The notes beneath the pieces are model-generated. The model had not been told where the DNA came from. It did no database searches and was given only the letters and a program-made list of their open reading frames with translations. A DNA stretch of 64,000 nt from Pseudomonadota bacterium (GTDB lineage Bacteria > Campylobacterota > Campylobacteria > Campylobacterales > Sulfurimonadaceae). The position numbers and the translations under genes are program-made. Of this stretch, positions 1 to 10,238 are shown piece by piece. The DNA is taken from positions 32,001 through 96,000 of the forward strand of contig JAZDQA010000007.1 in the NCBI GenBank assembly GCA_043797085.1, given 5' to 3'. The first letter of the stretch is position 1; each line of letters starts with the position of its first letter.

Positions 1-1283
1 GCTGCAGCCAGTGTCGATCGTTTCCGCGCGTACCATCCTTTGGGGTCATTCGGATTAATCTCTTGAGGTACACGAGCATGTCCGTTTGCTACCTCGTCAT
101 GCGATTCGCTGTAGATAACCCGGTCAAAGGCATCATCGTTATAACGGTATAAGATGGCATCACGGATGGCTTCGAGTGATCGCTGCTCATCTTGGGGTGT
201 TATTACCGCCTGACGTATGGGATGGACAAACATGGCATCCCACTGAGAGGCGAAACCAGCACCGCCCGCTCCAACCTCTTTGGTGAGCCATTTATTGTTT
301 TGAAGATCCTCAGCGATCGAGATCCGACCGGGAAATTTCTGTGTTATTTCGCTATTGATCCACTGAAGCAGGCGCCACCCATCAGGAATATCCTGTACTT
401 CGGAACCGTTGACCGTACGAATAAACTGGGTGCAGTCGAAGCGGATACCATCTACATGATACTCCTCTAGCCACATCATAACGTTATCCATGAGGTAGTG
501 ACGAACCTCTTCTCGTCCGTAATCGGGTCTAGTTTCCCCCCATGGAGTAATCGCCCGAATATCGTTGTAGAAATAGATTCCGCCGCGACCGTTTTCACTC
601 CAACCGTCAAACTGCCACAGATCAAGATCACTAGGACCTAGGTGGTTGTACACAACGTCCAGTATCACTGCAATATCGGCTTGATGGGCGCGCTTGATAA
701 ACTGTTTAAACGCCAACGGTCCTCCGTACTCACCATCTACCGAAAAAATATGGGAAGGGTTATAACCCCATGAGCGTTCTCCCGCGAACTCTCCTATGGG
801 CATAATCTGTATCGCATTGACACCGAGTTTTTTCAAATGTCCCAGACGCGCGGATACCGATGAAAACTCACCCTGATGGACAACGTCTTCTTGATCATTG
901 AACGTCCCGACATGCAGTTCGTAGATGACAAGTTCATTCCACGCTGCGATGGTAAACTCATCCCCCTGCCAGTCAAAACGTGTATCGTGAACGATGGCAT
1001 TGCCGATCGAGTTCGTCACTTCACGGGCATACGGATCGATCCGCTTGAACTCACCGTTTTGCGTAGAGAGGAGAAACAGATATTGATCATCCGCATGAGC
1101 CTCAGCGACATTGGCATACCAATAGCCATTTTTCTCAGAGTGCATCGGGTGCGTGGCAGCGTCCCATTCGTTGAACGATCCGATAACGGATACGCGTTGT
1201 GCATGGGGTGCCCACACACGAAAAGCAACTCCCCCAGCGTGCAGAATCGCTCCCATCCCTTTTATTTTAGTTTCATTACTCAT
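1..1283 (-). CDS. GH13 alpha-amylase-family protein (CBM48 + catalytic domain; branching enzyme/TreZ-like), 3' end truncated by the window edge
   Basis: Absent from the ORF track. Manual translation from ATG 1283 gives MSNETKIKGMGA..FRVWAPHA..DPYARE..IYELHVGTF..WGYNP..LDVVYNH..DGIRFD..IAED..SESHDE, which are the GH13 conserved regions. Confidence 0.88.
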   Translation of the reverse strand, partial: MSNETKIKGMGAILHAGGVAFRVWAPHAQRVSVIGSFNEWDAATHPMHSEKNGYWYANVAEAHADDQYLFLLSTQNGEFKRIDPYAREVTNSIGNAIVHDTRFDWQGDEFTIAAWNELVIYELHVGTFNDQEDVVHQGEFSSVSARLGHLKKLGVNAIQIMPIGEFAGERSWGYNPSHIFSVDGEYGGPLAFKQFIKRAHQADIAVILDVVYNHLGPSDLDLWQFDGWSENGRGGIYFYNDIRAITPWGETRPDYGREEVRHYLMDNVMMWLEEYHVDGIRFDCTQFIRTVNGSEVQDIPDGWRLLQWINSEITQKFPGRISIAEDLQNNKWLTKEVGAGGAGFASQWDAMFVHPIRQAVITPQDEQRSLEAIRDAILYRYNDDAFDRVIYSESHDEVANGHARVPQEINPNDPKGWYARKRSTLAA

Positions 1284-1286
1284 GGT

Positions 1287-2597
1287 TTAATTCTTTTTTT
1301 GTAACGACTCATCGCATTCCATACAAACTTTATTCCGTCCGCTTTTTTTGGCGTTATAGAGTTCTATGTCTGCTTGTGAATAAAATGTGTCTGCTGTACT
1401 TAATTGATCGAATACTGCAACACCGATGGATGCTGTTATGTACTTAGAAGCACTGTTATGCTGATGTTCAATGTGCAACTCTTCAATAGCAATACGTAAT
1501 TGCTCAGCCTGCTGATAAATTTCGTTCTGTGTATTTGCGGTACAAATAATACCAAACTCTTCACCGCCTAAACGAAAGCAAAAATCACTTGCACGATGAA
1601 AATGTTTTTGAATGGTGCTTGCTATGGCAATTAAAACATCATCCCCTCGCAAATGTCCATACGTGTCATTGTAAAGTTTGAAAAAATCAACGTCAAGCAT
1701 AATGAATGCAAGAAGTGTATGGTTACGTTTTATACGGTTTATTTCTCTTGGTAAAATTTTATTAAAATATCGTCGATTGAAGAGGGCTGTCATGCCATCG
1801 GTAAGCGCTAAATGTTTTAATTTCTTTTTGTAGTTTTCTGCATGGGTTATATCGGTAAACGTAACAACAAATCTATTTTTGTCAAATGGTGATGCTCTAA
1901 CTAAAAAAATATGATCTTCATTGGTAGCGGGATTTTTAATTTTTGCTTTTGCATCTCCATTGCGATATTTTAGAGTTTTATTGATCCATGTAGGATGATT
2001 AGAAAGAAATCCGTTTTCCTCAATAAAAAGCTCACTAATACTTTTATGTTGGCTCATAAAAGTCATGAAATCTGAAAAACCAAAGAAATTCAGCATTTTT
2101 TTATTTGCCATTATAAGTTTGGTATTGTCTGTCAAAATAACAAAACCATCTTGCGTGTCTAAGAGTTTTTGGATGTAGTTTTCGTTTTCAATAACTCCGG
2201 TAGTATAAATTTGATTTTCATATTTAATGTAGTTTGTATGTACGAGAACAGGGTAAAGGTTTCCATCTTTTGCTTTGTGAATAGTATGGTGTTGGAAGTT
2301 TTTTTTAACCGTAAAATTTTCCAAAAAAACATCATTCAAAAAAGAATCTTGAAAATGGATATCTATATCGCCTATGGTCATATTCAAAAGCTCTTCTCTT
2401 GAATAATGGTATTTGTGTACAAAGGAATCATTAACATAGACGAAACGATGATTTTGATCCGCTACAAAAATTAGGTTATTGATGTGATTGATTATATAGT
2501 CAATAAATTGAACTTTCTCTGTTTGTAACCCTGTATTAATAGGGTCGGAAGAGAATTTTGAACTTAATAATAAATCCAGAATATTTTTAAAATCCAT
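1287..2597 (-). CDS. PAS-domain diguanylate cyclase (GGDEF)
   Basis: Two PAS-like segments, then TDGMTALFNRR, DVDFFKLYNDTYGH and RLGGEEF. Confidence 0.92.
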   Translation of the reverse strand: MDFKNILDLLLSSKFSSDPINTGLQTEKVQFIDYIINHINNLIFVADQNHRFVYVNDSFVHKYHYSREELLNMTIGDIDIHFQDSFLNDVFLENFTVKKNFQHHTIHKAKDGNLYPVLVHTNYIKYENQIYTTGVIENENYIQKLLDTQDGFVILTDNTKLIMANKKMLNFFGFSDFMTFMSQHKSISELFIEENGFLSNHPTWINKTLKYRNGDAKAKIKNPATNEDHIFLVRASPFDKNRFVVTFTDITHAENYKKKLKHLALTDGMTALFNRRYFNKILPREINRIKRNHTLLAFIMLDVDFFKLYNDTYGHLRGDDVLIAIASTIQKHFHRASDFCFRLGGEEFGIICTANTQNEIYQQAEQLRIAIEELHIEHQHNSASKYITASIGVAVFDQLSTADTFYSQADIELYNAKKSGRNKVCMECDESLQKKN

Positions 2598-2795
2598 TTG
2601 CGTCTTCTCTCTTATTTATTATCATAATCCGTATGCAAGTACTATCACTTCATCCAAACGAGGATTATTAGAATCAAATCTAGTAGTATTTTGAAAATAG
2701 TCTAACTTAGAATAATGACTTTTTTATGGATGTTTGAAGCACTTCACTTTATAAGAGAGGAGTTTATGAGGAGGAGGGGGCTTACTGCTGTTTCT

Positions 2796-3992
2796 TTACA
2801 AATATGTTTTTAAAAGCTCTGGTGTCACACCGTATGATTTGAGCAGTAATGCAGCGGTGGATACGTCATTGTTTTCGAGTTTTAATGCTGCAATGTAGAT
2901 TCTTCCCAGTAAACCTGAGTGAACGAGGAGGGCATCTTTGATTTCATCGGTGGGATTAAGGGAGTGGACGATTTGGTCTACTGGAAGATTCATGACACCT
3001 TCCAATAATGAATATAAAGCAATCAATCGTGCGCTTTCGATCAATTCTTCACAAGGGTTTGGGGAAGCATAGTCGAGTAATTTTAATATTACATCAACCC
3101 GATTTTGGGTAAAAAAAGTGTAATTATTGATGCTTGCGGTTGAGCTTGTCCCTGATTTGGAATAAATGATGAGTAGAAGCCATTGGGTCAGAGCATTTTT
3201 CCCCATTCTGTCTATCATTTCTTTGATGGAGGATGCTTGGTAGGTATATTCAGGATGAGTTGAGGTTAAAAACTGAATGAGCTGAAGAGAAAGGGCGCTT
3301 TGGCGCTTGAATGCGGTGTAAATTTCCTCCAGTGAGGCATCCGTTTGCAAAAGCGAAAACAGCGAGAGAACATCCCCGTTTTTAGGATCAATGCGAGGAT
3401 GGGTGATGAGATGCGATTTGGCGAAATAAAACCCTTGGAAGTAGTCAAATCCAAGTAATTGATACGCTTCGAAAAGTTCATAAAATTCGATTCGCTGTGC
3501 AATGAGCTTTATCTGTCCAAAAGGGTTTGGAAAAAAGTGTAACTGCTCTATATCGGTTTGGTTGACGTCAAATTTTGCAAAAGAGATACAAGAAAAAAGA
3601 GGACCGAAATCTTCGAGATATTGGGGATGGAAGGAGGCGTTATCAAGCGCGAATTGATACCCGTTAGAGTGATAATAGCGGATGGCATCATGAATCTGAG
3701 CGGTATGTTTCATGGTCTCTGAGAGTTCAAAAACAAATTTTTCTTTAGGAAGGGTACGAATAATGTCTGTCAGCATGAGCGGACCATCGGTGTTAATAAA
3801 CGCCAGAGAGTCTCCAAAACTTGCAGCTGTTCCGATTTGATTCAGAATATTGACCAAGACGGAACTTGTTGCATGTCTCGGATCATCGATGCTGCATTTT
3901 CCTTCTTCATCGCGATAAAAAAATTCATATCCGATTATTTGCTCGTTACAATTCATAATGGGTTGACGAGCAAGGCTAAGGGTATTATTCAT
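2796..3992 (-). CDS. EAL + HDOD domain protein (YuxH/PdeH-like, degenerate EAL)
   Basis: ARQPI..GYEFFYR, FALDN, KFDV and FQGFYFAK, followed by a helical HDOD-like C-terminus. Confidence 0.8.
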   Translation of the reverse strand: MNNTLSLARQPIMNCNEQIIGYEFFYRDEEGKCSIDDPRHATSSVLVNILNQIGTAASFGDSLAFINTDGPLMLTDIIRTLPKEKFVFELSETMKHTAQIHDAIRYYHSNGYQFALDNASFHPQYLEDFGPLFSCISFAKFDVNQTDIEQLHFFPNPFGQIKLIAQRIEFYELFEAYQLLGFDYFQGFYFAKSHLITHPRIDPKNGDVLSLFSLLQTDASLEEIYTAFKRQSALSLQLIQFLTSTHPEYTYQASSIKEMIDRMGKNALTQWLLLIIYSKSGTSSTASINNYTFFTQNRVDVILKLLDYASPNPCEELIESARLIALYSLLEGVMNLPVDQIVHSLNPTDEIKDALLVHSGLLGRIYIAALKLENNDVSTAALLLKSYGVTPELLKTYL

Positions 3993-4153
3993 CTGAACAC
4001 TTTATAACTAATAGATACAGGAAGTGTAGCGTATTTTGCTTTTGAATACTAGAAAAATTTTTCAAATAAATCATGTTGCATCTTTATACCTTACTAAAAC
4101 ACTGTGTTTACTAGACAATAAAATATACTTCTGTTAGAATGCCATCAAATATT

Positions 4154-4171
4154 ACTGAATGAACATTCAGT
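4154..4171. promoter_or_regulatory. Perfect palindrome ACTGAATG-AA-CATTCAGT upstream of cysK (candidate TetR operator)
   Basis: 8-bp perfect inverted arms; matches the TGAAT-N4-RTTCA motif found at four other promoters. Confidence 0.6.
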
Positions 4172-4244
4172 TTTGTTGTTTTAATCAAGCGATTTTAGGT
4201 GTGAGTTACATCACGAGGAGTCTTTACTAAAGAAGGAGGGAACA

Positions 4245-5177
4245 ATGAAAATAGCTGCCAACATTACTGAATTGATTGGTAATACACCATTGGTGAAATT
4301 GAAGTTTGAAGAAAATGAAACCATACTGTTAGGTAAATGTGAATTTATGAACCCGTCCGGATCGGTAAAAGATCGAATCGGAAGTAACATGATTCTTCAA
4401 GCAATAAAGCGGGGAGAGATTACACCTGAGAGTGTCATCGTAGAACCTACGAGTGGAAATACCGGGATTGCGCTTGCCTCTGTTGCTGCAAATCTTGGAT
4501 TGAAATTGATTCTTACAATGCCCAGTTCAATGAGCCTTGAACGCAGACGTATTTTAGTGGCGTTGGGGGCTCAAATCGTTTTGACTGAACCTGCAAAGGG
4601 AATGGGCGGAGCAGTTTCAAAAGCATTGGAACTTTCTCAAACCTTGCCCAATGCTGTTTTGCTGCAGCAGTTTAATAATCCGGATAACTCCGAGATTCAT
4701 AGAGTGACAACGGCAGAAGAGATATGGAGTGATACGGACGGTAAAGTAGATATTTTTGTCGCTGCTGTCGGTACCGGGGGAACGATTACAGGTGTTGGGG
4801 AAGTGTTAAAACGCTATAACCCAAATATTCAGGTGATTGCTGTGGAACCGGATACATCTCCGGTCTTATCAGGAGAACCCGCCGGAGCGCATAAAATTCA
4901 AGGTATTGGTGCCGGGTTTATTCCACAAGTGCTCAATACGAAAGTCTATGATGAAATTGTTCGGATCACGAACGAGGAAGCCTTTGAGACTTCGAGAGAA
5001 ATCGCAAAAAAAGAGGGGTTGCTGGTAGGAATTTCTGCCGGAGCCAATGTTGCCGCAGCACGTAAAATTGCGGCCCGCCCTGAGAATAAAGGGAAAATAA
5101 TCGTAACGATTTTGTGCGATACCGGTGAACGGTACTTGAGTACGGAGCTTTACGAGTTTCCAGTGGAGAACAGTTGA
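4245..5177 (+). CDS. cysK: Cysteine synthase A (O-acetylserine sulfhydrylase)
   Basis: NPSGSVKDR (PLP lysine), EPTSGNTG, GTGGT and HKIQGIG; AGGAGG RBS. Confidence 0.96.
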   Translation: MKIAANITELIGNTPLVKLKFEENETILLGKCEFMNPSGSVKDRIGSNMILQAIKRGEITPESVIVEPTSGNTGIALASVAANLGLKLILTMPSSMSLERRRILVALGAQIVLTEPAKGMGGAVSKALELSQTLPNAVLLQQFNNPDNSEIHRVTTAEEIWSDTDGKVDIFVAAVGTGGTITGVGEVLKRYNPNIQVIAVEPDTSPVLSGEPAGAHKIQGIGAGFIPQVLNTKVYDEIVRITNEEAFETSREIAKKEGLLVGISAGANVAAARKIAARPENKGKIIVTILCDTGERYLSTELYEFPVENS

Positions 5178-5178
5178 A

Positions 5179-5409
5179 ATGAGAGACAAACATTATCGAA
5201 GCGTCATCAAAGCAGTCTCCTGGCGAACAGTTGGAACGATTGATACGATGGTTATTTCCTATTTTGTAACCGGAAATTTAATCTGGGCTATCTCAATCGG
5301 ATCGATTGAAGTTCTTACGAAAATGGTCTTATATTATTTTCATGAACGAGCTTGGGACGCAACAAATTTTGGACGAATAAAGGTGGTCAAAAACGACTAT
5401 CAAATTTAG
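5179..5409 (+). CDS. DUF2061 small membrane protein
   Basis: RSVIKAVSWR..YYFHERAW pattern; typical position in a cys operon. Confidence 0.85.
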   Translation: MRDKHYRSVIKAVSWRTVGTIDTMVISYFVTGNLIWAISIGSIEVLTKMVLYYFHERAWDATNFGRIKVVKNDYQI

Positions 5410-5417
5410 GAGTAACG

Positions 5418-6125
5418 ATGAAAAATACGATTGATTTATTGAACAAAAAGTTTGAAAATGAACCGATTGAGAAAATATTGGAATATTTTGCCCAAACCTA
5501 TAAAGAGAAGATAGCCTTAGCTACGAGCTTTGGAGCGGAAGATCAGGTCCTGACAGATTTGCTGCTAAAACAAAATCCTAAGGGTAAAATATTTACCCTT
5601 GATACGGGGCGATTGGCAGAAGAGACGTATACCGTTATGGATCAGACAAATAAAAAATACGGCATCAAGATTGATGTCTATTTTCCCAATACTGCGGATA
5701 TTGAAATTCTTTATCAGCGTCAAGGGATCAACGGATTTCGTGAGAGTATCGAAAATCGAAAAATGTGCTGCCATGTTCGTAAAATCGCTCCGCTGCAAAG
5801 GGCATTAAAAGGATTGGATGTCTGGATAACCGGACTTCGACGTGCTCAATCTGCCACGCGAGATACGATGCGATTGGTCGAATGGGATAAAGCAAACGGA
5901 TTGATCAAACTTAATTTATTGATCGAGTGGAGTGAAGAAGACGTTTGGAACTGTATCAAAGAAAATAAGCTCCCTTATAACGCATTGCATGATCTTGGCT
6001 ATCCGAGTATCGGATGTGCTCCGTGTACGCGCGCAGTAAAAGAGGGAGAAGATATACGTGCCGGGCGATGGTGGTGGGAAAACCCTGAACATAAAGAGTG
6101 CGGATTGCACCTAAACGGAGGCTGA
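5418..6125 (+). CDS. cysH: APS reductase ([4Fe-4S]-type CysH)
   Basis: SFGAED, LDTG, CC pair (MCCHVRK), GCAPCT and KECGLH. Start revised to ATG 5418, which follows AGGAG. Confidence 0.93.
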   Translation: MKNTIDLLNKKFENEPIEKILEYFAQTYKEKIALATSFGAEDQVLTDLLLKQNPKGKIFTLDTGRLAEETYTVMDQTNKKYGIKIDVYFPNTADIEILYQRQGINGFRESIENRKMCCHVRKIAPLQRALKGLDVWITGLRRAQSATRDTMRLVEWDKANGLIKLNLLIEWSEEDVWNCIKENKLPYNALHDLGYPSIGCAPCTRAVKEGEDIRAGRWWWENPEHKECGLHLNGG

Positions 6126-6127
6126 TT

Positions 6128-6220
6128 ATGACTGTTTTATTGGCGATTTTGCGTCAAATATGCGGAGACGACTGTGCGTCGCAACGCGAGGACTTGGCCG
6201 ACTGGGCCTTATTTGTATGA
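6128..6220 (+). CDS. Putative 30-aa small protein
   Basis: GGAGG-6nt-ATG directly after cysH; reads MTVLLAILRQICGDDCASQREDLADWALFV*. Confidence 0.35.
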   Translation: MTVLLAILRQICGDDCASQREDLADWALFV

Positions 6221-6235
6221 ATATTAATGAAAAAA

Positions 6236-6310
6236 TCTGCCTCATAATGAGGCAAGCTTTAGTAGCCCAAGCGGCTAGCGTAGCTAAAGGGATTTTATTC
6301 CTTTGGCGTT
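6236..6310 (-). repeat. Intergenic repeat family AB, copy A
   Basis: Its reverse complement aligns with 20681-20754 (AACGCCAAAGGAATAA..AATCCCTTTRGCTACGCT..TGCCTC-loop-GAGGCAGA). Confidence 0.8.
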
Positions 6311-6326
6311 TAAATAAGGAAATACT

Positions 6327-7235
6327 ATGACTGAAGAACAACTGACCCATCTTAAAGTATTGGAAGCGGAATCGATCCATATTATGCGTGAAGTCATTGC
6401 TGAATTTGAAAATCCGGCGATGCTTTATTCTATTGGGAAAGATTCCTCTGTGATGCTTCATTTGGCATTGAAGGCATTTTATCCTTCAAAGTTACCGTTT
6501 CCACTTTTGCATGTGGATACGACATGGAAATTTAAAGAGATGATCGAGTTTCGTGATCGACGTATCGAAGAACTTGGATTAACGCTGTTGACGCATGTGA
6601 ATCCTGAGGGAGTTGCAAAAGGGGTTACACCGTTTACTCATGGGAGTTCTGTTTACACGGATATCATGAAAACAGAGGGGCTTAAACAGGCGTTGAATGA
6701 GCATAAATTTGATGCTGTTTTCGGTGGAGCACGACGGGATGAAGAAAAAAGTCGTGCCAAAGAGCGGATTTATTCGTTCCGTGACAAAAATCATCGTTGG
6801 GATTCTAAGAAACAGCGTCCTGAATTGTGGAATATTTACAATGGGCGCATTCATAAAGGGGAGAGTATACGGGTGTTTCCGTTATCCAACTGGACAGAGC
6901 TTGATATTTGGCAATACATTTATCTCGAAGGGATCCCTCTTGTTCCTCTTTATTTTGCTGCGCCGAGACCTGTGGTCGAACGTGACGGGGTTAAAATAAT
7001 GGTCGATGACGAACGGTTTCCTCTGGAAGAGGGAGAAATCCCTGTTATCGAGAATGTTCGTTTTCGAACGCTGGGCTGTTATCCGTTGACGGGTGCGGTT
7101 GCTAGTGATGCAGTAACGCTTCCTGACATTATTCAGGAAATGTTGCTGACTAAAACGTCTGAGAGACAAGGTCGTTTGATCGATGCCGATCAGGCAGGCT
7201 CCATGGAGAAGAAAAAAATTGAAGGATATTTTTAA
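6327..7235 (+). CDS. cysD: Sulfate adenylyltransferase subunit 2
   Basis: [36 protein letters not shown] and C-terminal EGYF. Confidence 0.97.
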   Translation: MTEEQLTHLKVLEAESIHIMREVIAEFENPAMLYSIGKDSSVMLHLALKAFYPSKLPFPLLHVDTTWKFKEMIEFRDRRIEELGLTLLTHVNPEGVAKGVTPFTHGSSVYTDIMKTEGLKQALNEHKFDAVFGGARRDEEKSRAKERIYSFRDKNHRWDSKKQRPELWNIYNGRIHKGESIRVFPLSNWTELDIWQYIYLEGIPLVPLYFAAPRPVVERDGVKIMVDDERFPLEEGEIPVIENVRFRTLGCYPLTGAVASDAVTLPDIIQEMLLTKTSERQGRLIDADQAGSMEKKKIEGYF

Positions 7236-8641
7236 TGGCACATCAATCGGATTTGATAGCTTCAAATATTCAAAGCTATCTGCATGAACAAGAACATAAA
7301 GAGCTGTTGCGTTTTATAACGTGCGGCAGTGTCGATGACGGCAAAAGTACTTTAATCGGAAGACTTTTACACGATTCCAAAATGATTTTTGAGGATCAGC
7401 TCGAAAGCATTAAAAATGACAGTAAAAAATCGGGGACGACAGGGGATAGAATCGATCTGGCACTCCTTGTGGATGGTCTTCAAAGTGAACGGGAACAGGG
7501 GATTACGATCGACGTAGCGTATCGCTATTTTTCGACCGATAAACGCAAATTTATTATTGCGGATACCCCTGGGCATGAGCAATATACGCGCAACATGGCT
7601 ACGGGTGCATCGACGGCAGATTTGGCGATTATCTTGATTGATGCTCGATACGGGATTGTGACGCAGACGCGCCGCCACTCGTTTATTGTTCGTCTTTTAG
7701 GGATTCGCAATGTCGTTGTTGCGATTAACAAAATGGATCTCTTGAAATATGACCAGGATGTGTTTGAAAAAATTGATACTGAGTATCGTGCATTTGCAAA
7801 AGAACTTGGGATAGAGAAAATTTATTCAGTACCGATGTCTGCGCTGGAGGGGGATAACGTTGTTACCCGCAGTGTTCATACTCCATGGTATGAGGGTAAG
7901 ACATTAATAGAACATCTCGAAGAGGTTCCTTTGTCTGCGCCATCGCCGGATGCACCGTTTCGAATGGCGATCCAGTATGTCAACCGTCCCAATCTCGATT
8001 TCAGAGGATTTGCCGGGACGATTGCTTCGGGAAGTATCGGTGTTGGTGAGAGTATAACGGTATTGCCGTCGGGGAAAAATGCTACGGTCAAAGCAATTGT
8101 GACGTATGACGGCGATTTAGAATCAGCATCTACCGCGCAAGCGATAACGTTGACACTGAATGAAGAGATCGATATCAGCCGTGGAAATATAATCATTAAA
8201 ACAGGTGCACCCATCAGTGTTTCGGATGCGATTACGGCAAATCTCGTTTGGATGGATGAAGAGCCCTTTCGTTTAGGGAAAAGCTATTTATTTAAAAGAG
8301 CGTCAACGGTTACCTCTACTGTAGTAGAGGGGATTGATTATCGTGTTGATGTCAATACTCAGGTCCGACAGGCTGCTCATGAATTGGGACTCAATGATAT
8401 TGGTTCGGTTCGTCTGGTATTGGGATCACCTTTGGTCTTTGATACGTATGAAGAAAATCGTCAAACGGGAGGATTTATCCTGATTGACAAAATTACCAAC
8501 AACACAGTTGCTGCGGGAATGATTACCGGCAGTACTCAAAAAGAGGCTAAAAAAGTAGGTGGAGCGTCCGAGTTCGAGGTAGAATTCAACGCCCTTGTTC
8601 GACGTCATTTCCCTCATTGGAATGCACAAATTGTTACATAA
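7235..8641 (+). CDS. cysN: Sulfate adenylyltransferase subunit 1 (GTPase; no APS kinase domain)
   Basis: GSVDDGKST, EREQGITIDVAY, DTPGHEQY and NKMD. Confidence 0.96.
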   Translation: MAHQSDLIASNIQSYLHEQEHKELLRFITCGSVDDGKSTLIGRLLHDSKMIFEDQLESIKNDSKKSGTTGDRIDLALLVDGLQSEREQGITIDVAYRYFSTDKRKFIIADTPGHEQYTRNMATGASTADLAIILIDARYGIVTQTRRHSFIVRLLGIRNVVVAINKMDLLKYDQDVFEKIDTEYRAFAKELGIEKIYSVPMSALEGDNVVTRSVHTPWYEGKTLIEHLEEVPLSAPSPDAPFRMAIQYVNRPNLDFRGFAGTIASGSIGVGESITVLPSGKNATVKAIVTYDGDLESASTAQAITLTLNEEIDISRGNIIIKTGAPISVSDAITANLVWMDEEPFRLGKSYLFKRASTVTSTVVEGIDYRVDVNTQVRQAAHELGLNDIGSVRLVLGSPLVFDTYEENRQTGGFILIDKITNNTVAAGMITGSTQKEAKKVGGASEFEVEFNALVRRHFPHWNAQIVT

Positions 8642-8651
8642 GGAGTAACGA

Positions 8652-10238
8652 ATGGCTTCAGAAACAAAAGCGCAGCGTGTTGAGCGAATCAAAAGCGAAA
8701 AAGACGGATTGGATGTTTTAGACGATATTGCCCGTTATGCGATAAGCGGGGAGGAAATCGACTCCGAAGATATCGACCGTTTTAAATGGTACGGTTTGTA
8801 TACGCAGAATAAAAATCTTCAAGGTCCTGAAGATGAGACTCTCTATTTTATGCTTCGTATTAAAGTAGAAGGTGGCTATCTCAATCGCGAGCAGTTAGCA
8901 GAGATCGGGAAAATATCCAAAGAGTTGGCACGGGATACGGCGGATTTGACAACACGCCAGGACATCCAATTTCACTGGATCAAAGTGACGGATCTTCCGC
9001 AAATTTTCACCCGATTGGCTGCCGTTGGACTTAGTACCATCGAAGCCGCAGGAGATTGTCCACGTAATATCGTCTGCTGTCCGGTAAACGGTATCGATAA
9101 AGACCAAGTCGATGATGTCCGTGATCTGGTCGATGCATTGAATGATTTGTACCGAGAGAATAGGGCGTTTTCCAATCTTCCTCGAAAGTTCAAGGTTGGG
9201 GTGAGCGGGTGCAGCAAGCATTGTCTCTCGCATGAAGTTCAGGATTTGACCTTTACGGCGGTTAAACGTCAAAATGGCGGGATAGAGTTCAGTGTCAGCG
9301 TTGGAGGCGGGCAGGCGAGCAATCGTCGTATCGCAGATCATATCGGATATATCCAGCGTAAAGATGTGGTTGCAATCGCTGAGTCAGTTGCTAAAATTTA
9401 CCGTGATTATGGACGACGTGATAACCGATTAAAAGCACGATTAGGACACCTGATAGAGGATTGGGGTGTTGAGCGTTTTGTGAACGAGCTTGAAAAAGAT
9501 TCGGGCGTGACGTTTGATCCGTATGATCATGCAGCGTTTACTCCGTATCCTCGTCGGAGTCATTTTGGAATATTTGAGAGTACAAAAGAGGGATACAACA
9601 CCATCGGATATGCGATTACCAGTGGACGCATCGGCGGTGAGCGATTGCTCTCATTGGGAAATATTCTCGAATTTTACGGTGCAGAGGGAATTTCACTGAC
9701 GACGACGCAAAACATTGTTGTTCAAGGAGTTCCCTCCGAGGCGACCAAAGCATTTACGGAAACACTGGAAGCGTCATTAGGACTGGAAGCAAATCCATCG
9801 GTCTTTGAAGCACGGACTCTGGCCTGTACGGGACTGAATTTTTGTAAGTTTGCGGTGAGTGAAACCAAAAATCTTGCAATTGAGGTTGTGGCGCATTTGA
9901 AAAGTCGATTTAAAGGTTTTAGCGAGCCTATCAGCATCAGTATCAACGGATGTCCCAATGCCTGTGCGCATCCTCACATCGTCGATCTTGGATTTGTCGG
10001 GTCGATTGTAAAACGTGATGAAGAAAAATTCAAAGGGTTTGATTTGATCGTCGGAGGCCATCTCGAAGGAGAAGAAAGCCGTTTTGCAGTGAAAACCGGT
10101 GTCAAGGTCACTTCGGATGAAGTCGCACCTCTGATTGAATCCTTGATTCAGGAGTATGAGTCGAGTCAAAGCCGTGATTTTGGAAATTTTTTATTGGAGA
10201 AGTATCGTCATGAGCCAACTATTCCGACCGCTTCTTGA
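8652..10238 (+). CDS. Ferredoxin-dependent sulfite/nitrite reductase (siroheme, 4Fe-4S)
   Basis: TTRQDIQFH, NLPRKFK, ACTGLNFC and GCPNAC; cys-operon context favours sulfite reductase. Confidence 0.9.
   Translation: MASETKAQRVERIKSEKDGLDVLDDIARYAISGEEIDSEDIDRFKWYGLYTQNKNLQGPEDETLYFMLRIKVEGGYLNREQLAEIGKISKELARDTADLTTRQDIQFHWIKVTDLPQIFTRLAAVGLSTIEAAGDCPRNIVCCPVNGIDKDQVDDVRDLVDALNDLYRENRAFSNLPRKFKVGVSGCSKHCLSHEVQDLTFTAVKRQNGGIEFSVSVGGGQASNRRIADHIGYIQRKDVVAIAESVAKIYRDYGRRDNRLKARLGHLIEDWGVERFVNELEKDSGVTFDPYDHAAFTPYPRRSHFGIFESTKEGYNTIGYAITSGRIGGERLLSLGNILEFYGAEGISLTTTQNIVVQGVPSEATKAFTETLEASLGLEANPSVFEARTLACTGLNFCKFAVSETKNLAIEVVAHLKSRFKGFSEPISISINGCPNACAHPHIVDLGFVGSIVKRDEEKFKGFDLIVGGHLEGEESRFAVKTGVKVTSDEVAPLIESLIQEYESSQSRDFGNFLLEKYRHEPTIPTAS

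Noticed and set aside
192..1304. Plus-strand ORFs 192-470 and 876-1304
   Set aside because: They are antisense shadows of the GH13 gene, which carries all family motifs on the minus strand.
5352..5417. Upstream-extended starts in the ORF track (cysH; also 10156, 33904, 35825, 47997, 48063, 52983)
   Set aside because: Downstream ATGs have better RBSs or stop-start coupling and avoid long overlaps.
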